Assembly: GCA_050273025.1 (NCBI GenBank)
Contig: CP158635.1
Location: 28,272,001-28,336,000 of the forward strand
Direction of reading: 5' to 3'
Length of the DNA: 64,000 bases
Source of the DNA: Cenococcum geophilum
Lineage: Eukaryota
Below, piece by piece: positions 24,829 to 36,774 of the stretch. Position 1 is the first letter of the stretch, and each line of letters begins with the position of its first letter. Below the pieces are notes generated by a model. That model worked only from the letters and a program-made list of their open reading frames with translations, did no database searches and was not told the DNA's origin. Position numbers and translations under genes: made by a program.

Positions 24829-24927
24829 CGAATATTACGGATATTGCAGACGTTGCGGATATCGTTATGGATATTACGGATATCGCTACGGATATTGCGG
24901 ATATCGTAAATATTGCGGATATTGCGG
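24829..24927. repeat. Degenerate 9/12-bp tandem repeat (GCGGATATT-like) in the 3' region of G
   Basis: Read directly, about ten units. Confidence 0.8.
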
Positions 24928-25802
24928 TGGAAATAGGTAGGCGTGTATAAGGTGTTACCGAGGTGTTTATAGGGGAAAGTAGGTAGAAGGGCTAAGTCCT
25001 ATCCGTCGTCGTCAAAATGACAGTTAAGGAAGTCGATATTAACAGTGAGGTTCTCCTTATTATTACTCCTTACTATACTAGGTTCCGTACCACTAGGTTC
25101 TATACTACTAGTAAGGCCGTAGATAAAGGCATTATTGTTTATAGACGTGACTATATTCTTAGCAGTTTTAATTAGTATTAGCCTATTTAAAGTTATAAAG
25201 TGCTTAACACCATAGTCGTCGTAGAAGAAATTGCCGCTAGTAGTAGTTGGAGTTAATGTATTAAGTGCTATAGCCGTTATATCCTTATCAAAATCGTTAT
25301 TAATATTATTATCCGTAAGGTACTAGTGGACACGTCTCTTAAATCCTTCTCTTACTTCGTTACGTTCTTCTTTAATATACCTAGTTAACTAATAGTCTCC
25401 TTTCTTACACACGAAGCACGTCCTAGCGTTATTACTATAATAATTATTTAATAAACTTGGTCGAGACGTTAGTCAATAATAGCGACAGTTAGTAAAGAAT
25501 ACATCTATAGGCTATTCTGTAGGCTATAAGAACACATTAGTAGGTTGTCCTATAGTACTATTAATCTTCCTATAAGTAATAATTGACGATTATAGGCTGT
25601 TTATAAGGCCGGTAAGTATAGTAGGCGGGTTAGAGTAAGCTACCTAGTAAGCAGCAACGTCTTAGTAAGCGACGATAAGCTTATTATAGAGGAAGTTGTT
25701 ATTATAAAGGTTGGCATTAAGACTATACTGTAAGTAACAGAGGTCGTTAAGTAATAGCTATAGGCAGTCCTCTGTAGACTTACCTTTGTTTTTTATTATT
25801 AC

Positions 25803-28800
25803 TGTTACGGCACTAACCTAACGCATACTGTTTCATACTGTCTCGTACTGTTTCCTACTATTAGCTAGCCCACTACTAGCGACTTAGCGACCGGCCCTAC
25901 TATTTATATACAATACCCCCTTTTCACCTTCTTCCCCTCTTTATACCACAACATAGTTATTTAGTCTACTTTATTACAGCACTATGACAGTTTATAGTAT
26001 CTTTAATTTGCGCCCTATCGCGATCACTAATTCCTTATACCCTAGCTAATTAACCTCCGCCCCAGAGCAATCGCAACCTACGCGCGCCTCTGCTAAAACT
26101 AATACGTCCCTAGCACAGTCCTAAAACGATCCTTAGTTTTTACCTAGTACCTAAATAGGCAACACTAACGACGCCAAAATAGCCGAAACCTAGAACCCCT
26201 ATAACGCTTTTATAGACCTCTTTATAGAAATATACCCTAATATCGCATAGACAATCCGCTGCTCCCCACTATACCCTAAAACCTTTAAGCCTAATAAAGC
26301 TTACCTTACCCTTATTAACTATACCAACAAGTTCCTTAATAACATTAAAGTAGGACTACAGTATATGTATAATATAAATACCGCCAATAAAAAAGCTAAC
26401 GAAAACCTTAGTACCCTTATCGCTTTTTAAATAGGAACTATTAACTCCTAAGTAGAGACTATTACCGTTCTAAAATAATTAACCCCTATAATAACGGTAG
26501 TAACCTAGCAGAAAAAACGGAGATCTAAAGACCCGCTAATATTTAGCGGAAAAGGTACCCTACTAGAATAATAAGCTAATTTTAAGACCTAGCATATTAA
26601 AATTAAGGGAGTCTTTAACCGGGACTAGAACTACTTTAATATAGTTTAGTCCTAGATCCTTTATATCTCGGATATACTAGAGAATAAGGCCTATAAGTTT
26701 ATTAAGTAGGGCCTAGAGCTTATATATAAGAACCCAAATAACATATCTGCGTGGAAATGGCCTACTAAGGAAGATATACTTAAAGACCTTACTGCCTACT
26801 ATAAGGTCCTTAATATAACCTAGGTTGTAAAGAATAAGCTTAACCATTTCCCCTAGGGCGAGCGTAATTACTAGTCCTAGAAGGGAGAGCTTAATAAGCT
26901 AATAGTCCGCGCCAAGAAGATAAATAAATAGAAGGTGGACCTACTCTAAAAGTTTATTTCTTTAAAGATAGAAGAGCTGGTACTTAGACTTACCTATAAA
27001 ATTAATAACAGTAACTATATAGGCTAGAGTAAGCAGATAGATATATTCGCTAAGAACCTCGCGAACTATATATACTAAGCCAACCTTAAAAAGAACGCTA
27101 ACCACCGTCTACTTACCTAAGCCCCTGCCCCTATATTAACCCTAACCCTAGTAGTAACTAGAGAACCTATAGACCTTAATAAAATCTTAGATATAGAGCG
27201 TAAGCGCTGCGTTAATAATAGATTATACCTTACCTATAGCCTACCTAGCCACTAGAAGGATGCCTATAACCCTACTAAGATAGCAAACCCAGTCCTAATG
27301 CCACCCCGTTAAATAACGTAAACTAATAACCGCGGACGCGGCGACTATAGAGTCCATTATAGACGCGGTAACCGCGGAGCCTATTATAGCCGTAGTAGAT
27401 AACCCCCCCCCTTTAACCCTATAGCTTAGTTACTCTAAACTATACCCTATATAGGAGCCTAACCCATTAATAACGCCTAGTATTAGCGACTTTGCGCTAG
27501 CGAATATAAATACGGCCACGTTATTGGTAAGGTATTATCTTCCTATACCCTAACTAAAACTAAGACCGACACCGCTAGCTAGATAGATACTAGACCGCCC
27601 CGCTAAGACAGCCCTATACCCTAGTTATTAAAAGGTAAACCCTTAAACTAAGTCGCGTTTAAGGGTCTAAACTATATAAGGAGGAAGATAAGAAGATTAG
27701 GTCCCTATTACTAGATTAATTAGTCCTTTTTATTAGTAAACTACTACTTAATCTTAAATTAATAAACAGTAATAAGAAATTAATCCTTATTTAAACCTAA
27801 CTCTCCTTATTATATAACCTATACCCCTAAGTTTATATTAATATAGTAAGCCTAGTAGACTCCGGTAGTACTATAATGGCATTTACTAATATAAAGTCTA
27901 TTATAAGAAAGTATAATATTATAACTAAGAAGCTGCTAGCACCTAGGCTACTACGCCTCGCAGATAGTATCCTAACTTCGCTTATTACGGACTACTTCAC
28001 CACCTAAATATTAATCGGCCTCTATACTAAAGCTATACTCTTTTTTGTTATAAAACTCTCGCCTACTACCCTAATTATCCTAAGTATGCCCTGGCTTTAG
28101 AAGCATAAGCCCTACCCTAGCTTTAGGAAACTTAAGATCTACTTTAACTTAGACTACTACTCTAGGCACTGCCTCCTATAGGGGATAACTAATATTAGCA
28201 GAGACGCCCTATATAGATACTTAGCACTACTAAGCCTAGTGCCTAGGACTATATACAAAGCCCTAATAGTAGAAGATATTCCTAATAAAGGGGAGCCTAT
28301 ATAGCTGTAAAGAAACGAGATAGTAAAAGACTGGACTACCCTAGCGCTTAAGACTAAAATAATGGGCTAGCTAGCCCTGCCAAGACCAAAAAAGAAGGTC
28401 CGCTTTATGCCGCTATTACTAAAAATCTAACCCTAACCTAGGCACTATTTAAACCCTAGCTGCCTAGCCTAATACCTAGAACTAAGCTATATACTATATA
28501 CGCATACTATAGCTCGCGTTATAGTAAGGACTGGCTATAAAACTACTAAGACCTAGATAATAGAAACCGCGCCACTATAACGCCTAACCTTATACCCGTC
28601 TCCCGCGCGTACCGTATAAGGCCGCCGCCTTATTTCCGCCCCCCTAGGCCGACTAAGTTATACTAGCCTAGCTATAGCACCGGAGAACTAAACACGCCCT
28701 AACCTAAACAATATTAAATGCACTTATGCTATTAATTTCACCCAGTTCTATAAATAAAAAGATGTAAAGGTAATAAGGATCTATATAGCAGAGCTAGTAG

Positions 28801-31800
28801 AACTAGTTAAATAAGATAAGCACCAACAGCTACTTAAAGAGTTGCCTATAGGCCTAATAGAAGTACTAAACCTATTAGAAAGGTCTTTCCGCTAGTTAGT
28901 AGAAGGCGACTATATAATAAAGGAAGCCTATAAAGTGCTCCCCCCCTATTTCTATAACTTCCTTAAGATAAATCTAAAAACTAAACCTAAGCTTTTATAT
29001 CGGAAGATAGTCGACACTAATATTAAAAAATTCCTAAAAGGTAAACCAGGATTAACCCGTAAAGATATTCTACAACGCCTACTAAAGGAGTTTAGTAAAT
29101 ATATTAAGCACTTCCTCCCTAAGAACGTAGATAAGCTGCCCCCTTACCGACTATAGGACTATAAAATTAAAATCACCCCTAGAAACTAGGCCCTATACTA
29201 TAAAAATAGACTACTTTTACCTACTAAACTTAGGTGTATAAAGAAGTGGATTAATAAGATACTAGATAAGGGTTTTATCCGCGAATTAACCTTACTAGCT
29301 ATTGTACTACTCTTCCTCGCTACTAAGCCCGGCGGTAGTGTATAAATCTACTATAACTACTAAGGCCTAAATATAGTTACTATTAAGAATTAATACCCAC
29401 TACTACTAATCTGTAAGATACTTAACGTACTATATAGTGCTAAGTACTTTACTAAACTTAATATAATTATTACGTTTAACCGGATCCGGATTATAAAGGG
29501 CCACAAGTAGCTTATAGCATTTATTACCTGGTTTAGACTCTATAAAATACTAGTTACACTATTCGGCCTCTATAACATACCCGCTACGTTCTAGAACTAT
29601 ATTAACTATATTTTATATAACGCCCTTAACAACTACTATACTACTTACCTTAATAACGTCCTTATCTTTTCTAAAACACGCGCTAAGTATACTAAGTATA
29701 TAAATAAAGTCATCCAAAGACTTAGTAATGCTGGACTTTAGATTAATATTAATAAGTTTAAGTTCTACTCTACTAAAATAAAATACCTCGGCTTAGTTAT
29801 CTTAACTAATAGCATAACTATAGACCCTAAGAAGGTATAGGCCTTATAGGAATAAAAGGACCCAACATTAATTAAAGAACTATAACAATTTCTTGGCTTC
29901 GCGAACTTCTACTAACAATTTATCCAAGGCTACTCTGCTATCGCTATACCTATAATAAAACTCCTAAAGAAGGATATTAGATAGCTATAGGGACCAAAAT
30001 AAGCCAAATTATTTAAGGCCCTTAAGGGAGCCTTTACTTTAGTACTAGTACTAGCATACTATAACTATATAAAGAAAACAGTAGTAGAGACAGACGTATT
30101 AAATTAGGCTTTCGGCGGAGTCCTTTTCTAGTATAATAATAACGGAAAATTAAAACTGGTCGCATTCTTCTCTATAAAGTACTCTACGCTAAAATATAAC
30201 TATAAGATCTATAATAAAGAACTCTTAGCTATTGTTAAGGCTTTAAAGAAATAGCGTCCTAAGCTATAAGGGACTAAGGAGCTATTTAAAATCATTACTA
30301 ACTATAAAAACCTATAGACGTTTATAACTACTAAGCAGCTAAACTAGTGCTAAGTCTAATAGGTAGAGTTCCTTTTATAGTTTAACTTTATAATTATATA
30401 TAGACCTAGTAGTAAAGCCACGCTCCCTAACGCCCTAAGCTAGCTACTAGGAATAAGGCCTAAGGATACTAATAATAAACGTCTCCGCTACTAAGCCTAA
30501 GTCATTATACCACCCTAGAAAGTTAACCCTATAATCTTAGAAGAATTACTACACAAGTCCTATAACTCTAATAACACAAAGTTTATAGCCGCTCTAGACC
30601 CTAAAATAGCCAAAAAGTTACTAAATAAGTTAATCTAGCTAGGATACCAGGAAAACAAACTCGCAAGAGATATAATAGCAGCCCTATATAATCGGAAAGC
30701 TCGCCATTAGCTAAAGAAGATTAGAAAATTACTTCGTTACAATAAGTTAGAATATAGTATTATTAATAGACAAATCTACTTCCGCTAATATCTCTTTATC
30801 CCTAACGCCCTAGACCTCTACCTAGAAGTTACCCATCGCTCTTATAGTAATAGCCCCGCTAGTTACCCTAGCCGGGTTAAAACTCTTAACCTCTTAAACC
30901 GAATATACTAGTAGCTAGGAATCTCCTAGTTTACGGCTACCTTTATTAAAAACTGCGCCCTATACTTTTACACTAAGACCCCCTATTCTACCCCGCCCGG
31001 TTTCCTAAAGCTACTAGAATTACCTACCCGCCTATAAACCAATATCTCAATTAACTATATTATAACACTACCGGTATACTAACGCTATGGTAAGGCATAT
31101 AAATATATCCTTATTATTATAGACCGCCTAACTAAAATATAATACCTTATTCTAGTAATAGGACTCTTAATAAAGGAGCTAGTTAATGGCTTTATTAATA
31201 ATGTATATAAGCTCTATAGTGCACTAAGTATAATTATTTCTAATCGCGGTATATAATTTGTTAGCGACTTCTAGTAACAACTAAGTAAACGCCTTAAGAT
31301 AACCTTACGACTAAGCTTAGCCTAACACCTAGAAACGGACAGCTAAACTAAAATTATTAACGCTGCCGTAAATAAATACCTTTATACTTTTGTTAGCTTT
31401 ATATAGGACGACTAGGTTAACTACCTACTACTTACTAAGTTTGCTATAAATAACCAAGTTAACAAAAGTATAGGTATCTCCCCATTTTTTACAAACTATA
31501 GCTTTAACCCTTACCTTAGAATTAAGCCTGCTAGCCCCTACCTATTAATACTATTAGCATAAGTAAAGAAGAAGTTCTTCTACGTAGACTTTATAGCTAA
31601 CCGCTTTAAGCGGATATTAATATAGCTTAAGGCCCTAGCCTAAATTTTATAGTAACGCTATAAAGATAATGCTAATACCCATAGGAATAAGAGCGCGTTA
31701 TTCTATAAAGGTAATATAGTTATAATTAGCTTAGAAAATATAAAGATAAATAAACCTAAGAAGAAATAGGATAACAAATAGGACGGCCCATACCCCATAC

Positions 31801-32718
31801 TTATAGTATACTAAGGGGTAGTTGTAATAAACCTCCTAGACTATATCTAAGTAAATAAATCCTTTTATATATTTAAGGTCCGCCTCTAGGCTGCTAAAGA
31901 GATCCCTAGCTAAGCAAATATTAATATTATAGAGCGTTATAATATATAAGGACGAGTAGTAGAGAGAGATAATAACGGCAATATAAAAGACAAATAGGAG
32001 TTTAAGAAAATCCTTAATATATATAACAAAGACCCCTAGGGCCTAACTTATAAGATTAAATGAAAATATTATAAGGATATAACCTAGCAGCTAAAGAAAG
32101 ACCTAAAGGGTTATAAATAAGCTATATAGCGCTTTTATAAGCAACACCCTAAGAAGCTAGAACCCCTAAACTAGATATAAAATAAGGAAAAATTATACTA
32201 AGGTCGCGGTCGACCACTGTATTAAAATTTATGGTGGTTAAGATGTTATAGAACTTTAACCAGCAGTTAAAGTTGTTTAATTGGCTAAAATTCTCGCCAA
32301 GAAACGCTACGCGGATTAATTTAGGTGGTGGTATAGAGTTCTACCAACCTTACTTACTAAACTAACTAATTAGAATTTTCTATGCCCGGCATAAAAAATC
32401 GCCATTAGCTCGGTTAAGGGCGGTAAGCGGAACTAATATCTTTACAGTAAAAAATAGGCAACCCTATACACTGCCTATTTTTAAGTTATCTATTTAGTTT
32501 AGGGACTAAACTATCTAAGGGAGAGGAGTACTGTTACGGCACTAACCTAACGCATACTGTTTTATACTGTCTCGTACTATTTCCTACTATTAGCTAGCTT
32601 ATTACTAGCGACTTAGCAACCGGCCCTACTATTTATATACAATACCCCCTTTCCACCTTCTTCCCCTCTTTATACCACAACGTAGTTATTTAGTCTACTT
32701 CATTATAGCACTATAACA
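25803..32718 (+). mobile_element. Ty3/Gypsy family A copy 2, full length, RIP-inactivated
   Basis: 187-bp LTRs 25803-25989 and 32532-32718; TSD ATTAC; colinear with 5512-12426 and differing mostly by transitions. Confidence 0.95.
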
Positions 32719-33514
32719 ATTACTGTCTTAAGAGTAATAGCATTCCACTTTGTTAGAATTCCACGCTTATATTCCAGTCCTTTAAAATAGTTGCATACGG
32801 CGTTATAGATATTATTAAAGGTGGTATAGGTTGCCTTATTCTTATAGTAGAAGTTAAGAGTAATACCACATAGTATTATTGGAAAGCCTTTAATCTTTAC
32901 CTCTTATAGTATACCAACTCTGTTATAAAGGTCGTTAAAAATTATAAGCTTGCGGTTAAAGTTGTCATTCTCTTCGCTGTATTTACTTTCCTCTATATAT
33001 ATCTTTACCAAGGTTACTAAGTCTCTACCATAGTTAACGGCGGCTATAACTTTTATAGGAGGAGCTGTGACGTTTATAGGAGGAGCCGTGACGTTCGTAG
33101 GGGGAGCCGTAACGTTCGTAGGTAAGGGAGGCTCGGCTATAGGGAGGTCATTTAAGACAGCTAGGGTTAGGGTAGGTAATGTTAAGGGGGTTAACAAACA
33201 TAATTTAAGACGGCGGTTAATAACATATAAATTAAAGGGTCCTTCGTTGTTAATATATAGCTTAATCTCTTTATCTAACCATTCCGTAGGGTCGTCCTCG
33301 TAAGCAACGTTATACAGTGCTTATGGTACTAACTTGCTCTTTTTATTAAAGACCTATACTCCATTACATCGGAGTAGTTATTTAAGTTCCTTAATTACGG
33401 ACCTATAAGCGTCCTTAAATGTCTATACCTTAAAATTATTAAAGTCCTCTTAGTATAATTCCCATAAGCTTTTATCCTTAAAGTTGCGCTTAGTATACTT
33501 ATTGATTTTAAAGT

Positions 33515-35263
33515 TATCGGTATCACCCAAGTGCACTTATATGGCCTATTAACTGTTAATTTATTCGTTGTCTAATAGGTATTAAAAGCAGAGGATCGTA
33601 AGGATCGCGGTGCCTAAGTAGGGGGCTAATAAGTCATCATAAGGATAACTAATCAGAGACACAAATACCTCAACCTCGACCTTAACCTCTGTCTATACAT
33701 TCCGACACTAGCAGTTCTTTCTTTATGCTTATAGTGCTGTAGAAAGGTAGTAAGGTAGCAAGGCAGCAAGGTATCGGTTTAGCTGGAGGTGGAAGCAATA
33801 GAAGTCGGTTAGCTGCAGGCAGGGCAGCAAGGGTCGGTCAGCTGCTAATAAAGTAGTAGGGGTTGGTCAACTGTAGGCAGGGCAGCAAGGGTCTATTATA
33901 ATAGCAGTACGGTGCCAGCGACGGGTCGTTTAGGTAGTAGTATAGTACCAGCGGCGGTAGTAATAGTGGTTAAGCATAGAGCTTGTCTATCAGTTGGTCG
34001 GTTAATCATAGGCGTACAGGCGCGATTATTCGGTCGGTAGATCGCAGGCGTATTGGCGCGATCAGTATCGTAATAGCAGGCATAGCGGCGCTATCGGTTT
34101 ATCGATGGTATATGGCAGTACGGTACTAGCGTAGAGTCGGTTCTGTAGGCAGATCGGCACAAGATTTTATCAGGTTCGTAGCTGCCGTAGATACTGGTAG
34201 ATTTAAGAGGGCAGAGGATGGGGAGCGCGCTAGCGTTGCAGGCGCGTGCTGGCAGGTCTTGATTTCTCTGGCAGTTCTTTCTTTATGCGTAAAGCCACTA
34301 ATATAGACTCTATTAATGTGGTATTCGTGGCCTGCAAAGGCCGTAGGAGGGAAAGGGGCACGCTGGCGTTTGGGGCGTGCTGTTGGCGTAGTTTTCGACA
34401 TAGCAGATCTGCAAGGTAGCAGACGGTGTCGGGGTTATAGGGGGTGCTGCTAATGCTGCTGGGTTGTGGGATGCTGCTAACGCTGCTAGGTTGTTGGGTA
34501 TTGGGTGCTGCTGACGCTACTAGGTTATAGGATACTGCTGTAACGCTACTGGGTTGTTGGGTATTGGATGCTGCTGACGCTGCTAGGTTGCTGTAACGCT
34601 GGAGTACTATACGAGGCTGTTGGATGTTGATTTGTATGCTGAGACGCGTACTGGGGGGTAGTTTGCTGCTAAGTTACGTAGCTACGCTGGGGTACTGCGT
34701 AAAGCAGTTGGGTAGTTGGGTGTTGGGTGCTGTAAAAGCTGGTATACTATGTACGGCTAGAGCGCTGCCGTAGTACTGCTGGGGTAGCTACTAAGGTAGC
34801 TGCTGAGGTACTGCCCGAGGGCTGTTGGGCGTTTGGTGCTGTTAAGCTGGGGGTACGGCGCTTAGTAAAGAGGTCGTACTGGGGGTTAATTTGCGTGCTG
34901 TAGAATGTCTCGCGATATTCTAAGCTGGCTGGGGTTGGATGCTGCTGGAGCTGCTGGGTATTGGTTTTGCTGCTAGGTACTGGAATGCTGCTTGCGATCG
35001 AACGAAGCTACTGGGGCGGCAGTGAACCTTGTTGCTCTATAGCCAACCGGTAAGATTGACCATTAATCAATGTCGGTATCACCCAAGTGCACTTATATGG
35101 CCTATTAACTGTTGAATTAATTCTTGTCTAATAGGTATCGAAAGCAGAGGATCGTAAGGATCGCGGTGCCTAAGTAGGGGGCTGATGAGTCATCACAAGG
35201 ATGACTAATCAGAGACACGAATACCTCAACCTCGACCTCAACCTCTGTCCATACATTCCGACA
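33515..35263 (-). mobile_element. Non-autonomous 1.75-kb LTR element H (TRIM-like), related to G
   Basis: 193-bp LTRs 33515-33707 and 35071-35263; TSD AAAGT/GAAGT (one G->A); PPT-like AAAGAAAGAACTGCTAG on minus strand next to 33707; internal CAG/CTG-rich sequence with no retroelement domain seen. Confidence 0.85.
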
Positions 35264-36774
35264 GAAGTTAATATAGTTGGTGATGTCTTTTGCGGTAATC
35301 TCATTGGTTAGGGTAATCCCGTTGCCCTAGTCCGGACGTTGAATTCCTGTGTTAGATATAGTTGACTGGCGTAGATCGTGGTGTAGGTAGGGGTGCTGCT
35401 GACGCTACTGGGTGTACTGGCGCTCAGTAAAGAGGTCGTACTGGGTATTGATTTGCGTAATAGACGCGAACCGGACGAAGCCTTGGTAGGAGCCAGTTCT
35501 TTAAGTTCCCAGGGCCTTGGTAGGAAGGGTTCTCCTTAGTAAACGCGACGAGATCGACGGGCCTTGGTAGGAGCGATCGCGTGTTGTCTCTCTTCGTAAT
35601 AACACCGGATTCTGATCTGTGATATCACTGATTAGTGTCAGTATCACCCGGGGGGTACTGCAATTGCAATAAGTAGTTCTGGTTCTTTATTCGTGTTCTA
35701 TCGTCGTCTACTAAAAGAGAAAGAAAGGGGTAGTAAAGGCCGGGCTATCTATCGGGCCGTAGGCAGTTAGGTGACCTACGCTACGCATATAGCCCCTGCC
35801 GCATACGCTCTGCGCGTAATGCAATTTACAACCTCTACTTATACAGACACTACCTTTAATTAAATCTGTATTTATAAAGGAGATAAGAAGTATATAGCTT
35901 TCTATATATAATAGGGACTTTTTAAATACTTAGTAATGCTATTTAGTATAAAGAACGGTCTTAATATATTTTAGTAATACGTTAATAATACGCTTTACAA
36001 ATTCCTTAATATATTTATTACCGCGTATATTAATAATATCTTAATCTATTTATCTTTGCTTTTTAAGTATTAAAAGCATATCTAAATAGTTTTTAAATAC
36101 CTATAAGACGCGGGCTTATAATATAATATTAAGAAATATAAGTTTTACACGTTTAAAGTTATATACTTAGGCCTAATTATATCTTATAACGGAATTAAAA
36201 TAAACCCTAAAAAAATTGCTATAATTATAAACTAAGAAAGTCCTAGTAGTATATAAGATATCTAAGAATTCCTAGGATTTATAAATTTCTATTATTAATT
36301 TATAAATTACTTTTTAAAATTATTTAGCTATTAGTAAACTTAATAAAGAAGAATATAAAAATTAAATAGACTACTAAATCCGACTAAGCTTTTAATAACC
36401 TAATATTATTTTATAACTACTTTAATTCTTACCTACTTTAATCTAGACTTTAAATATATTATTAAAATAGACTTATCTAATTATATACTAAGAGGAGTGT
36501 TATTATAATATAATAAGAACGGCAAGCTACGCCCAGTAGCCTTTCTCTCCTAGAAACTTACCCCTATTAAATTAAACTATAAGATATATAATAAGGAACT
36601 GCTTATAATTATTAGATACTTTAAATAATAGGGTCTAAAACTTAAAGGATTGTTATTCTTAATACGCGTATTAACGGACTATAAAAACTTATAGTACTTT
36701 ATAACTATAAAGCAATTAATATAACGCTAAATTCGTTAAGCTAAATACCTCTTATAATTTAACTTTAAAATTAT

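Larger units (their letters stand above)
24513..35849 (-). mobile_element. Copia-derived gag-only (pol-less) LTR element G, containing A2 and H
   Basis: 214-bp LTRs 24513-24726 and 35636-35849; TSD CTACC; minus-strand gag similar to that of Copia I (YSEENDNFNRKLIIFNDLYNRVGI; knuckle CFVCKKG ~25400); only ~2.2 kb of own internal sequence, no IN/RT/RH seen. Confidence 0.85.
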
